A DNA stretch of 64,000 bases from Mesotaenium endlicherianum. Lineage: Eukaryota. A program made the translations under genes and the position numbers. The notes beneath the pieces were generated by a model. The model did not search any database. It saw only the letters and a list, made by a program, of their open reading frames with translations, and was not told the DNA's origin. Location: assembly GCA_009602735.1 (NCBI GenBank), contig WELA01002119.1, forward strand, positions 128,196 through 192,195. The letters are read 5' to 3'. Positions 1-13,902 of the stretch are shown here, piece after piece (the stretch's first letter is position 1; each line of letters opens with the position of its first letter).

Positions 1-161
1 CAGCCCTTCCCTATAGGTCAGGCACAAATTGCAAACACCTCCCGAGCTCGAGTTGAATCCTAACCAGCAGCACGCCAACATCACGACCTAACATCACACT
101 CCCGGGAGTTTCACTAAATCATAAAGACCACAAGATAGGTGCCATTGTCAGATGCACTCAC

Positions 162-938
162 ACAGTTACCCTATCGGGTGTGAAGCCGCCACTCGAAGCA
201 TTGTACTCAAATCTGCGAAAGAAGTCGCTTGGAGTCACACTCTTTAGCTTGACGTAGTTCTCCAATGTATGTACGGTGCATTTCTTTTCAACTGAATCTG
301 CTGAGCACTTGTCTAGGTGGTCAGACAAGAAGACCTCCTTGTCGCCTGCCACCATCAAGTAAACGATGGCAGGTCAATAGGACCTTACGACATAACCCAC
401 AAGAGAACGGATGACAGAGACGACCATGTACAAGTGACTATCCTCTCGGGGTGAATAACTTTCTGCACCAAGCTGACCACTTTCACGAGATGGAACACAA
501 AGGGGAGCTGCAGCTGGCCCAAGCATACCGTGAAAACTTCGCCGCCCTCCTGAGGACTCTTCAGGTCTGTAGTACCATCGGCAGGTCAGTGTCACCCTGT
601 CGGATACATCAGCTTCAATGGCCTCCACCCGGGCAATATATGGGGGGACGTTTCCTTTCGGCGGTCGCAACATAACATCATCTCCAGCTGCATCATTACG
701 CCAAAAAATACATTCAGTGGTGCATACTGTAAGTGCACAGAGCTATCTTTAAGGAAGACAAAGGCTGATATTCAGGTCATACTTTTCTGAAGCAGAAGTA
801 ACCAGGTCCAGTCCCTGAAATTAAACAGCTTATGTTACACGGAGGCAGCTGTCCCTGCTAGAACTTACGCTTCAGGGTCGTGCGGAGCGGTCTTATTTCG
901 CAAGAGCTCAAGATTCTCCTGACGCGCTTCTTTGCCAT
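162..938 (-). CDS. EBS: BAH-domain exons of an EBS/SHL-type BAH-PHD chromatin reader; the 3' (PHD) part lies beyond the window start
   Basis: Exons 938-869, 687-529 and 345-162 with GT-AG introns join to MAKKRVRRILSSCEIRPLRTTLKPGDDVMLRP...PPYIARVEAIEAD...[28 protein letters not shown]...FEYNASSGGFTPDRVTV, matching recalled EBS/SHL BAH motifs. EBS vs SHL cannot be resolved here. Confidence 0.9.
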
Positions 939-1883
939 GGTCAAATTGCTGTTTAAGGATGAAGCTCCTTGAAGTACTCTATCTCGCTAATTATTAAGTG
1001 TTAAATCTGCATGTAGTGCACATCTAGAGTCCCTCATGAACGTGCACTTTCGTGACAGCACCGCACATTAATACCCACCAGGCTACTATGGCAGCCACAA
1101 GAAAAAAGCTCCGGAACACATACTGCGAGCACAAACCGAGCGCAGGTTTTTACACTGCATTCATTTTCTTTCACTTTCTATAAAGCACACTAGTTGAAAA
1201 CCGGGCTACAGAATACCATAAGCCGATAAGGCCTTGTGTTTTCTACAGAATGGCTTCACTTCTGCCTTGTTTATCTGGTCCCCTAGATGAGACGCTTTCA
1301 TATTCTTGCATGTCGCTGATTGTCCTCCCCGTGAAGTTTCAAGCCACGCTGAAAAAGGTACGGCACTGAAAAAGTCTCTTGAAAGTTTGCCTGCATGAGG
1401 AATTCTGCCGGTTAAGTTCAAGCAATAAAGTGCAAAATAAAACTATTTTCACAGAAAATCAATCAAGAACGAGGTAATGATGATGGGCCAAGGCGCTAAA
1501 TTTTATCCTATATTATATCAATACATATGAACGATAAACTGTTTCGAAGACTGATTTCTGACCTGCTTCGCTTTCAGAAAATTCAGACAAGTTGCACTCG
1601 GCCTCAATTTAGTCAAGATTGCACGTTCAGGTAGTGTACAAAATTTGCAATATAATCTACTTCATGCATGTCAACGCGTGCTTCTCAAGCTTGCTCAAGC
1701 TTCACTATAGCTTAATATCCAAAACTTCAAGCTCTGATGATCTCAACCTCCTTCAGAACGAGAAGCATTTTATTGTTACCTTCCCCCCACTTTCCTCGTC
1801 ATCATGTGAGGTAATCAGTTAGTCATGATTGCTCGTCCTTCATTCCTATGTTTCAAGGTGGCCCTTGAATAAAAGTGTCAATC

Positions 1884-3298
1884 ATGCCGGGAGCACCTTC
1901 CTCCTCGTTGCGCAGCGTATTACCAGAAGAGAGGACGGCAGTCTTCCTTGTTTCTGGCTTCGCCTTACTGGTGCGCTTTGCTGTAGGCCTCCACGGCTAC
2001 TCAGGTATATGTTCTTCTTATGAGCTTTTCGATGGAGCTTTTACTGATTACACGAGCTGGCATTGTGTAAAAATGTGAATCTTTCTGCTCCTTGGAGTTC
2101 GTGTGTTGATCTGTCCATCACGAGGTCTGTACGTTGTCTCGATTGTCTGCACAATCATTCAAGATACATGTTAAGCTATTGAATCCTACTTGCACAATAC
2201 ACTGCCAGCAAGGCTGTAGCGGGGGGGGGGNNNNNNNNNNNNNNNNNNNNNNNNNNNNNNNNNNNNNNNNNNNNNNNNGGGGGTGTTGGGGGGTGTTGGG
2301 GACGTGACAGTCGACTTTCTGAAGTAATTGCCTCATATTTGCTGCATCAGGTCAAGGCACGCCTCCTCTCTATGGGGACTATGAAGCTCAGCGACATTGG
2401 ATGGAGATCACACTCCACACGCCCATACAAGAGTGGTACAAAAATACAACCAAGAATGACCTCACCTACTGGGGGCTTGACTACCCTCCCCTCACAGCAT
2501 ACCAGAGCTTCCTTCATGGCTGCTTCCTGAACTGGCTTGATCCTCAAGCTGTGGCACTCGGGGCCTCCCGTGGCTTTGAATCGGTCTACAGGTGCATACA
2601 TCTCCATCCCTCTTTATTCTTCCAAGGGTTCCTATAAGGCATGTCCTCTCCGCATAGTTTTCTCTTCACACCTCCTGATGGGTTGATGACCCACTTGAAG
2701 GCTTGTGCGTTCACACTGATCTGCACATCGTGTGAGATCCTTAATGCATGCGGGAATCTGCAGCACTCTCCAGTATCAGAGGCAGAAAGCGCATGGGGGA
2801 CAAGTGATGGTCTGAAGGCGAGAGAGACATGGGCTCCCTCCCTCGTGTCATGCTTGTAAGGGGTGGGGCTGTCAAGGCCTGACACGTCCGACGCAGATGT
2901 TGGGTTGAGCAAAAACCAGAGAACAGGGGAGAATGTCATGTGGGTTAAGCAACTGTAAGCTTTACGCCTGAGAGAGTGCTGAGTTGGGCTTGCTGCCTCT
3001 GCCCTGCCTGGGTGATGCCACAGTTGACACCGCCATGGATAATGATAGCGATACAGGTCATCAGTTCGCCTGTGATGCAACGCGTTGTAGAGCAGAGCCT
3101 GTGCAGATCACATTGCGTCTTGTTCGGCAGCTCGTGTGCTCGAAGCTGAGAGCTCTTGAACACCGTCACCTTCTGGCGGGCTTCAAGTTTTGCAATTGGG
3201 GCATGTGTCAGTCTGTCTGCCTCGCTGCCAAGTGAGCATAGCGTTAGACTCTACGAGAAACTGGAAAGCTGTGCTAGGAGCTCATGTTGGCTGCATGC

Positions 3299-3392
<94 letters not shown>

Positions 3393-5591
3393 NTATGTCT
3401 TGGTGTCTTGGGTTGACTCAATGCTGGTCAAATGTGAGTTCAAAGAATTGGTGGGACGATGGGAGGATGGGAGGATGGGTGGATGGAAGGACGGGGGCAA
3501 GTGTGAACGCTCACTCCCGTCTGCAGGGTGGGGGTTGACGAGTGATGCAGCAAGACGCTGATGAGGTGGACCGTCATCTCTGCTGACCTGGCAATCTTCT
3601 TCCCGGCCGCACTGGTTTTTGTTGCCACTTACTACAAGAAGCAGACAAGTGGCAGGCGGGCGTGGGCCCTAGGCGTGATTCTGCTGCAGCCAGCTCTCAT
3701 CCTCATCGACCACGGCCACTTTCAGGTTGTCTGTCTCACCTTCACGCCAATTATGTGCTGGAAGAAGTTACTGAAACTTCATTTTCTATCGTCTCTTGGT
3801 ATGGAGTTGCACACACTTGCGCGTGCACACACACACACACACGCATGCCCACGCAGAGAATAATTTTGTACGACAAGAGAGCACTCTTATGATGCAGGCT
3901 GTATGCTTTCTCCATGCACCCACACCCACACCCACACCCACACCCACACCCACGTACACACATGTCCATGCAGAGAATAATCGTGTGCGACTGGAGAGCA
4001 CTCTTATGATGCAGGCTGCATGCTTTCTCCTCATTGCTTGCAGCTGGCCTCCTCCTCAAGGGAAACGGGGGGGGGGCTCCAACGTGGGCTTAGGAGCAGA
4101 CTGCCCCATGCTGCTGCAAGTTCCTGTGATGGCAGGCTTCTGTAGAATCGTGTTTTGGTTTTGAATGTAAGCCCCCCCCCCCAGCTTGGTTCATCAAGGG
4201 TAGTGGTGTTCCTGCCTGGGGCTGGTCAAGGGGGTGGACTTGGAGAGACACTTCATGGGGGTCAGATTTTGGGTTCAAGATTGCCATGGGGACTGATGCT
4301 CAACGGTTATTGGATAAGACCAAGAGAGGTTGTTGCAGGCAGAGCGGGGGGCGACGGGAGGGAGGGACGGAGGCGGGTGGGGAGGGACACAGGGAGGGAG
4401 GGGGGCAGGGGCAGTGCAGCGTGGCGTGGGGCAGCACCTGCGATCTGTGTGGTGTCTTTGCAGCTCCCACTCCCTCTCTCTCTCCTGCTGCTGCTGCTCT
4501 ACGCGCGTCGCTGGAGCGCGTGCCAGTGTTGTCTATCCCCATAAGCCGCTGCTGGTGGTGCCTGTTGTTTTCGGGTTTAAGGCTGCCCCTCTCGAAGTCC
4601 TTGGTCCCTGACACGTGTGCATGTGCTTGTGTGTGTGTGTGTCCGCGCGCGCGTGCGTGCGTGCGTATTTGTGTTGTGTGCGCGTGCGCGTGCGTACGCA
4701 TGTGCGTCTGCATATGGAGCGCGGGCGTCCCCATGTATGTGCGTGCGTGCGTGCGCGCGTGTGTGGGTGTGCAGTTCAACTGCATAAGCCTGGGCTTTGC
4801 CCTGGCAGCAACGGTGGCGCTGGTGGCGCGGCACGAGGTCTTGGGCAGCATCCTCTTCTGCCTCTCTCTCAACCACAAGCAGGTTATTGGGCCCTCCCCT
4901 TGTTCTCCTCGCCAGTATTCTGTTGACGACGCTCGTTCTAAATCCGTCCCCTCCCCCCGCCCCTCCACCTGTTCCCTGCCTGCCGCACGTGCCTTCCCCC
5001 ACAAACCCTCGCAGGAAAGCCTGCTCTTCTAAATCTGTGTGCGGCCGCCATTTCCTGGACAAGTGCACGTCTGCACTTTGAGTGGCTGGGTCGGGTCAGC
5101 CTCTTAGTACCTTCNGCCTATCTCCGTGGCAATATCTGGGCACTCTGTTGTCAACGGAGAAAATACGGGTCTTAGTCCCTTTAAACCGTGCACGGACCTT
5201 GAAAAATCTTGTGAGCATACGCGCGCACGTGTGTGCAAGCAAGCGCGAGCGAGTGCGTGTCTGCACATGCATGTACATGCACGTGCGCGTGCGTGTGCGA
5301 ATGTGCATGTGCATGTGTGCGTGTGCATGCATCGTGCGTACGTGTGGCATGTGAGTGTGTGTGTGCTCATGCGTGCGTATGTGTACGTGGGAGGTGGTGC
5401 AGATGAGCATGTACTTCGCACCCGCGTTCTTTGCGCACCTGCTGGGCCGCTGCCTGCAGAGCCGCAGGCCGCTGCTCTCCGTGGCCAAGCTGGGCGGCAC
5501 CGTCATCGCCACGTTTGCTGCCATCTGGTGGCCCTTCCTGTCCTTGGAAGCGTCTCTCCAGGTGCTCGCTCTCCAGCTGGGCGTGCTCTTT

Positions 5592-5678
<87 letters not shown>

Positions 5679-7334
5679 TTATCCCTGACATTTGCCTGCC
5701 TCTTTTTCCCACTGGAGTCAACTTTCTCCACGTCCTGTTTCCTACTTGGGATGCAGGACTGCTCTCCTACAAATGGGCGTTCCTGTGCCTCTTTGAGTGA
5801 GGCATTCTCAGCCTCGAGCTCCTTCTGCCTCAGTACCCCAAAGCTTGCTGTGTATGTTAGGTCTCATTGTTCGCATGTGTATATACTTTCACGTCTATAC
5901 TAGTGTGTAAGTATGTGTGAATTGTTGATTTGGCCGATGTTATGATGGAACTGCTGAAGTGTAACTACGTACAAAGTATCACTGGGCCGATGCATACGCT
6001 TCTGATTATCTCTTAAAACCTTCTTTGCGCAGCTTAATGCTGTCTCACCTCGTGTCAGCGGACGCTTATTATATACACCCATCATCTGGATGCTCATTGA
6101 TCATATGCTCAGTAGTCATGATTTCTATACTCAGTATTATCTCAATCATTTTCAGTCAGGTGACTGACAACGTAACTCAGGCATAGTGCCTCGTGGTGGC
6201 TGTGGGCTGGGGCTTTCCCCATCTGCCCCGCGAGCTAGCAGGTGCTGCAGAGGCTGGTGCCGCTGTCGCGGGGCCTCTATGAAGACCACGTGGCAAATTT
6301 CTGGTGCGCCACATCAGTGCTCATCAAGTGGAAGCAGCTCTTTGACGTCCCCAGCCTGGCCAAGATTGCCATGGGGGCCACGATCGCTGCTGCGATGCCA
6401 AGTGTCGTGCAGCAGATTTGCCATCCGAGCTCCAAGGGGCTCATGTTTGCCATGCTCAACTCGTCCCTTGCCTTCTTCCTCTTTGCCTTCCAAGGTGAGC
6501 GGCAGCAGGCTTCTTTCAGGGCTAGCATCCCCAGCCAGCATGCGAATAACAGTGTGCGTGTGCGTGTGCACGTGCGTGTGCCTGCATTCTGTCTACTGTG
6601 GAATCTACATTGGCTCGTCTCCGTACAATTTTGGGAGGCATGCAGTCTAGTGAGCAACAGCATTGCAAGTTTACGGGCCGCTCTTGTTTGTCAGGAAGAT
6701 GCTTGACAGGCATTCACTGTTGCGATCCTGACAGCACTGCTGTCAAGAGCAGTATCTTCCAGCTCTGTGTGCCGACATGTGCTTGAGAGGGAGGAGGAGG
6801 CGTGTCTAGTCCTCGTACGGAAGTAGCCCTAACTGTGTTGCGGTGATGGCAGTGCATGAGAAGTCGGTGCTCCTGCCGCTGCTGCCGGCGACGCTGCTGG
6901 CCCTGGAGGAGCCCAACCTGGTGCTGTGGTTTGTCCCCACTGCGACGTTCAGCGTGTACCCCCTGCTGCTGCGGGATGGGCTTGCTCTGGCCTACTTTGC
7001 CCTCGTGCTCTTCTTCATCCTGGCCTTTGGATCGCCGCAGCTTTCGTCGGATGCTTTTGCACGGCAATCTTGGAGTTGGGGCGGAAAGCTTAGTGGTCTC
7101 TTAGGTAGCGTTGGGCCGTTTTTGGCGAGGCGTGGGCCCCTGTGCTCCTTCACGGGTGCGCTTGTTCTGCATCTTGTGGCGGTGACTGTTACTCCTCCCG
7201 AGAGGTATCCTTATCTCCATCAGGCATTGATGGTAACTTATGCTTTCCTCCATTTCGTAGTCATGGCAGCTTACACAAACTGGCGGCAGTGGTACCATGC
7301 CACGCCTATTGCACCTGATAAGAAGGAGATTTGA
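1884..7334 (+). CDS. ALG6: Dolichyl-PP-Man9GlcNAc2 alpha-1,3-glucosyltransferase (ALG6)
   Basis: Seven phase-compatible exons: 1884-2004, 2351-2591, 3551-3725, 4775-4882, 5403-5561, 6242-6494, 6853-7334. Motifs GDYEAQRHWMEIT, YWGLDYPPLTAY, LIDHGHFQFNCISLG, RGLYEDHVANFWC and FQVHEKSVLLP; C-terminal KKEI is an ER-retrieval-like dilysine. Confidence 0.95.
3301..3390 (+). repeat. Poly-C tract (~90 nt) in ALG6 intron 2
   Basis: Directly visible homopolymer. Its length is unreliable; other poly-C/G runs abut N gaps. Confidence 0.85.
3844..4030 (+). repeat. Diverged ~117-bp tandem duplication with a (CACACC)n spacer in ALG6 intron 3
   Basis: catg.cca.gcagagaataat...gagagcactcttatgatgcaggctg.atgctttctcc occurs at 3844 and at 3961. 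Confidence 0.85.
5593..5675 (+). repeat. Compound (CT)n(CA)n microsatellite in ALG6 intron 5
   Basis: Directly visible. Confidence 0.95.
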
Positions 7335-8027
7335 CCCTTTTGCTCCGTTGGTCAACATCTTGCTCTGAGTGCGGATTTTGAGCAATGTCAAATTGTGGCA
7401 TTGGCTAATCGGTTGCTCGCCTTCCACAACGTCCTGCAGCACTCATTGTGTTCGGTCCTGACCGCCAGTCTAAATATGGACATTACATCAAGGTGTGATA
7501 CAAGTTTTGCACGGACCTTGCATGCTCAACGTACACTACTAATCCCATAAAAATATATGTTGCATACAGCGGCTCAAGTTCTCCAGACTATCACGTGACA
7601 GTAGATATTCAAAGAGGACTAAGAGCTTGCCAGTCACATGTGAGGATTTGACCACATACGAGCTTGATGAGAGTCAGCATTGAATGCTAAGACTTTCACT
7701 GCTAGCAATTTGTCGCCCCAAAAGTTTGACAACACAAAGCACACCACCTAGTGTGTGGATAAAATCCTACAGCTAGATAAGGAGATCTAGGACCTTGTAC
7801 AACCCTGCTTCATGCTCCCTTGCTCTCTTTCTATACATCGCCATAACAGCCCTATTTATTAGCGTTCTGAACTATAGCTCAGGGGGGAGTTAAAAGCACA
7901 AGTACAAGGCCGGGCAGTACTTGCGCTTGGACACATATACATCATCTAAGCGGGAAAGAGGGTCGTTCACTGCAGGAGAAACGCGCGAACCATTTTTTGC
8001 AATTAGGAGACAAGCTGGACTACAAAA

Positions 8028-10822
8028 TCACATCATTTCTTGAGACCTTCTGACGATCCTGCTCACTTTTCGCTTGAAGTCGTCTTTGGTGTCCCGCCAC
8101 TCCTTCTGCGACCGAGACCACGGATGCGCGGGGTGTGTTAGTTGTATCAGTTGGCATTTTTGATAGACAAGGCGCGTGCAAAGCGAGCCCGGCACATCCA
8201 AGAGTAAGAGACTGATGCTTAAAACCATGCAACTTGTGGGCAGTTCGTGCAACTGCACACCCTTTCCCAACTGAAAGACCTCTCGACAATCTGGTCGTGG
8301 GCTACCCAGCAACAAATTCAACAGTGAGTAGGAGCCAGCAGCTGCAATGAATGCATCACACCACCCTCCTCTAGTCACATACCCCCCCCCCCCNNNNNNN
8401 NNNNNNNNNNNNNNNNNNNNNNNNNNNNCCCCCCCCCCCCAAAAAAAACCAGGTGCATTGAGTTCAACAAACCAAAGACATGTGAAAGGGCACAGAATGG
8501 GCCAAGGGTGCCTGCAATCGAAATGGGGGGCTTGTGGCACACACCACACGACAGATGCTCAAGATGCCAGAGGCTAAGGGTGCGGTGCAAGTGCCCCCCA
8601 AGAAGGCTTCCCAGGACTGACTGAGTATTACCACCTGAAGTTCGTCACTGGCAACTCAGTACTACCACCCAGAGTAGTGCTGGCGATGCATCAGGTTATG
8701 CCCCTCTAGCTAAGGACGGCCCCTTTGCTTACCGCGGCGTCGATGTTGGCCGGCGACTCGTCGTTGGGAGTGGACAGCATGGAGATGATGCTCAGCAGGA
8801 TCGTCTCCACCTGCAAAGCTTGCCACTTGGCGCAATGAGCTGGCTAGTGACAGAAGACAAAACCGCCTCGGCCAACAGCCGTTTTTTGAAAAAAAAATCC
8901 GAAACCACGGGAAGAAGATCGCTGATTTGAGTTCAAAAGAGCTCAGGTGAACGTCAAGCAGCAGCCTCCTCTCCTCTCAGGGAGCACCAGGGTCTTTTTC
9001 ATGGCTGCAAACCGGAACAAGAGGTGGTCTGAGTTGGGTCCCAAAGGCTCCGACGAAGGAGAGGGAGGGCAGAGATAAAATAGCAGAGGCTCATCACCCA
9101 GACTCCCCATGCGTCCACACAGGTGCATGTGTCCCCGGTCCATTTTGCACCACCGACACTTTCTAGCACCGCTGTACTCCAGCAAGGTATATACGCACCA
9201 TATTGGGTCTGCCATAGGAGTTTTAGCTTCTCACACCACAGAAACCCAGACGTTTCTGGGGCAGAAGGGCCTCTCTCCATGGGCAAAGCTGACAAGGACC
9301 TGAGGTTCTAAAATGCAGGTTCTCAGATACTCCATACTGCATGCATGCATTCGCACGCTTGCCATCCAAAGCTCCTCGGCTTGCCCTCTGGCCTCTAGCT
9401 ACTCCTGTGACCAGCCAGTACGCACCGCACAACAAAGCTTTTTTTCGTCCTTTCTCAACAAAAAGCATATGGAGTAGGCAATTCCCACATACAGTGTGCA
9501 CAGGTGTCCAGCGCTCGCTCGCGAGCTCGTAACCATTGGGGTCATCGCCAGGTGCATGCAGGATGGAGATGCACACCCGCCCATCCGGATACACTGCATC
9601 ACCTCAGTACAGCATGCAAGCCAGCATGAACCCTGTAAGCCCCCGGCGTGATTATAGACTTCCAGACCCAGAAGCTTCTTTGAAGCATGAGAACTCTCAT
9701 CATTCAAAGGAACACCTAGGCTCCCTGATGGCAAAGCAGTCGAGACAGGGCAAAGAGACCATTGAGCCCACAGTACAAACCCCCAAACCCGAAGCCTTGA
9801 CATGGACACCATAGCCAGCTCCACGCCATACGTCCTGGTGACAAGAGCTACTGACCACCTATTAAAACCATACAAAAGTTGCAAGGATGGGGGTGCCTTC
9901 TTGACAGTACTGCAATTAAGGGCTACTCGTCCGTAGGTAAGGTGTACACTGCACCATGTAACCCCTCTATCCAGACTTCTAACAATATGAGTACCCTTGG
10001 ACCAGATTCACCTCGGTTTTCCTACTGCAACCAATATTGTGCTCAATGATGCATACACACACATGTTGTGATCACGTGCGCATATGAAGTAGACACCTTG
10101 ACACTAGTGTTACACCAGAGCTAGAAAGAGAAGACTTCATTACACTGTACACAAGGCATGAACAACAGTTTCAAAATCCTCGTATATAGGAAGGTCTCGC
10201 GACTCATTAGACAAGTACTACATGAGTAAGAAAGTGCCCAGGTCGTAACACACATGGATTCTAATAGGTGATAGGTCAAGATAGACATGAGCACGCTCAC
10301 CATTTGGATGCCACATCTCCGATACAAAGCGCACCGATGGAGGACTGTTGGGATAGTTGCTTGGAAAACTCATGATGGCATTGAAAAAGCCACCCTCGCT
10401 GTCAGCATGACAAACGCTTACGTTAGCCTGACAAGTTGCTCAGAAGACAGGAAAGCTCAATTCTACAAGTTGCTGGACCACTTAAATGTAGCAAGGGAAC
10501 TCGTAAACGACGACAGAAGTGATATTGTGGAGGACGAAGAAGTTACTCACTATAAAGTGTCTGGAGGCCCAATGATGGTCACTTGCCACTCGAATACATT
10601 CGAGTCATCTACCAGACCCGCTGAGAAGCCATCAACTGGATTCCTTGTAAGATCTGTAAGAAGATGCAGGCGAAGGTCAGCACAATAGTCGCCTAGAAGA
10701 TGACATACCACTTCGAGCGTATGCGACCCATATACAACACGAACATGCTAAGATGGATATAGTGAGCAAGCACTACCTCTCAACTGTTTCCGCAACAATA
10801 AACTGGCTTGGCTCTCCGTCAT
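8028..10822 (-). CDS. UBC7: Ubiquitin-conjugating enzyme E2, UBC7/UBE2G class
   Basis: Exons 10822-10777, 10653-10551, 10398-10301, 9593-9493, 8810-8733 and 8105-8028 give [38 protein letters not shown]...[69 protein letters not shown]...RSQEMM. The acidic-loop insertion after the catalytic Cys is diagnostic of this class. Confidence 0.95.
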
Positions 10823-13800
10823 GTTCAAAGTCGGCAACCTTGCGCTGTGTGCAGCCAATGATTGTGAAATACCCACAGTGAGCCTCTAACCGCAGTGACT
10901 CCTATATTCAGATACTTTTTTAAAAATTATGTCTCTTCGCATACTCTATAATACAGCACTACGGAGTCTACGGAATTATGTGCTCTTAACCATGAAAGGT
11001 CGTGTTAAAAATGAAACTAACAGGAATTCCTTTCGCGTCTAACAATAACAAGTAACGTGAAGCTTTGTGACAGTATTAGGTGGTGTTAGCGGAAGATAGA
11101 TGGGAGTCGGAACGTTCGGGTGCATAGCCTGGACGCCTGTATCATGCTAGAAGCAGACAGAACCCTTATCCTCTACGGTAACTGGTGCTTTACTTACAAA
11201 CTTTTGGCTGCACGGGTTATTTGCTTCAGGGAATCACGAACTCCTCCACTGTGTATACTGAGGATTTCGATTGCCGTCGCACGTCACCAACTGTCGGAAC
11301 AGGCTTGGGAAAGATCTCTCACAGTAGACTCGACCTCATGTTCAAATTTTTAACAGCTGTTACACCTGGTCATTTCTGGTTGTTTCCTTCTTTAGGAGTT
11401 TGTCCGATCTCGTTTGATCAGTCGTACATATAAGAAGACAAACGACAGTACGAAATAAGTTGAGAGGTAAGACGGCCCGAATGTAGGTTTCAAGACGCAG
11501 ACCGCACGTACGGCTTGACGCTCAAACAAGGTCGACGGCACAGGCCAGCGACGCGGCTCATGCATGTGGATAAGGATCTCCTAGGCGACTGAAGTACAAC
11601 AACTAAGGTAATTTAAGGTAATTTAAGGGAGCGCTTGAGTGCACAATAAGTGTTCAAAGTTGCGAGAGAAGTTGTCGGAAGACTCTAGAGTGTTCCAGCT
11701 ACAACTCATACCAGCTTCTTGCACAGTATAGATTGCTAGCTCTAGAAAGATGGATGAAAGAGCTTCAAGGAAAGTTAAAAACAATGAGGAAAGGGTATGG
11801 CTCCGCTCGATTCAGAATAGAGTATTGTGTCGTATCTTAAGAATTCCAATATTGTATCCGTTAAGCAAAGTGTTTGTGCGCTCCGAATGTAACACCCATC
11901 ATCCAACGATTGATAGCATATCAAGAAGACAAGAAAGTGATGCTGCTTCCACAATGCTGATCTATAAAGGAAACAAGGTGAAAGAGGTGTATCACGTTGA
12001 CAGACATCACCGTATCCGCGGCATTCAAATGCCTGACGGGTGATCCGCAAAAGAAGCGCAGGTTTGAGGGTCTGGTTGAAAGGGGCAAAAGTGCCCTAGT
12101 GGAAGCGTACCAACGCACAGGCAACCAAACTGCTTGGAATATATCAAGAATGCAGCGGAATATCAATAAGTAAACTTTTCAATATTTGAATATGTCCACA
12201 TCTGAACAACGAAGTACTCTCCAACAAATAAATACGAAAGGCCTTGTCTTTCTGTAGAAAATTAAAGAATGATTATTGATGAGTGTGGAAGAAGCCATGC
12301 CTTTGGTCTTTTCAAAATCTTTCTTAGCGTTTGTCTTTTCCTTCCCTCCCCAGCATTCGCAAAACTTGACGTGTCGGACTTGACTCATTCTGTGGAAAGA
12401 ATTATTGGGGGCTTAGATTGCATAACTTGCCCGATATACGAGTGTGAGGGTGTTTTGAATCGGAAGGTTGGGACTTTAGTCCGTCCATGACTAGTTCCAA
12501 TCAATGTGGGCCCTCATGTTATTGAGTTGCAAATGTCATTGATGCAACCCTGATTTGCGAGATTTTTGCAAGAAGCTTACGTCAAGATGCCACTACGTAT
12601 AAAAGTAAAAGCTATACAAAGAATGGTCATTGATGCGCTCGTGCGTGCGTTGTGTGATGCAACGTGTTTTTGTGCAAGCCTTGCACGCTGGAGCAGGTGT
12701 GCATGTAGTGAAGGCAGGGAAGTATGGTGGTAAGTATGGCAAGCACGGCAAGTTCAATCATCGGAAGGTTAAGGCAGGAAAATCATGTGCAGCAAAAAAA
12801 GCATATATAGTCGGAAAGAATGAGTAAATAGTATGAAGCACCTCTGTTGCAATGGTGCCGGCTGTTGAGGTAAAAAATTTGGCCTGTAAAGATTTTTGCC
12901 TCTCCAAGTTGTTTGAGCGGTTCCTGCTTGCGTAAACTGCTAAAGAGAGTCAATTTCAGTTTGCTTGTCTCATTCTATTGTAAACCATCATTCTATATTA
13001 TACCTGCAAATGGAACTTCGGCAACCATAACAACGCTCTCTTTCAGCACTTCTTCGTATGCATTCTGATATTGGCTCTTATGGCACTGCATGTGCAGGTA
13101 TTTCATGGTTTTAAAAAATGCTGGCTGCACCCGTGTCAAGTTTCCCATTCTTACAACATGAAAATAGGTACAGTCAAAGAAAGAGTCAATGTTGACAATA
13201 ATCTTTATTAAATGCGTGCTGCTTGATATCTTGTACGCCTTTTGTTTTGCAGTACTGGAGGGCTTAACACAAAATTCTCTTGAACTCCTGATGGCACAGG
13301 GGGGTGATGCGATAACGGTATGGTACCATGTGTCTCCCCGTCTTATCTACATACACGATGATCATTTTAATACAAGATAGGTACCATTGTAAATTGTGAT
13401 AGCTTTGAAAGAGAAACACCAAGCAATCAGTATTATGCAACCCGTAAATGCCTGTGGCAGGCAGACAGGCAGACAGACAGTAGGGGAGAATCCCCAGTTC
13501 AACTTTTGTACTCAAATTGATGGGAATATGAAGTAACAAATTTAATTGTTTGCCGAGAGTCACGTCCAGGCGCGTGTCACGCTTGGTTGGTCTATCTGGG
13601 ACTCTAATCTGGTGAAGAGGATCCCTTATGCCCGAGTTGGGTTCTAAGAAAGAATGGTAATTCAATCAATGCGGCCTTCCTACATTTGAGTCACCATCAG
13701 GGCCGGCGTGGCTATTCTCAGCCCCTTCTTATGCCTGCTTTTTCCTCTCAATTGAGAACTTGATTGTGTTTCTACCAGCTTACATCTACCCACCCTGGCA

Positions 13801-13902
13801 CGGTTGTGCCTTGTCCCAAAAAATATCGAATCAGCAGAAGCAGAGAAACTATTCTTGACAACATGGCGGCTGCTCATGCTGATGCCGAAGGACCTCTGTG
13901 CT

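Noticed and set aside
3156..3561. Poly-Pro/poly-Gly ORFs
   Set aside because: Translations of an intronic poly-C tract in ALG6.
4286..5903. Long ORFs rich in CV/HT/RE/SL dipeptides
   Set aside because: Read-through of microsatellite-rich introns; the only real coding parts are the ALG6 exons.
11750..12170. ORFs between UBC7 and UBC20 as a gene or TE remnant
   Set aside because: No recognisable motif, splice structure or terminal repeats.
12700..12800. GKYGGKYGKHGKF resembling the tail of plant glycine-rich proteins
   Set aside because: Short, low-complexity, with no supporting exons or credible start.
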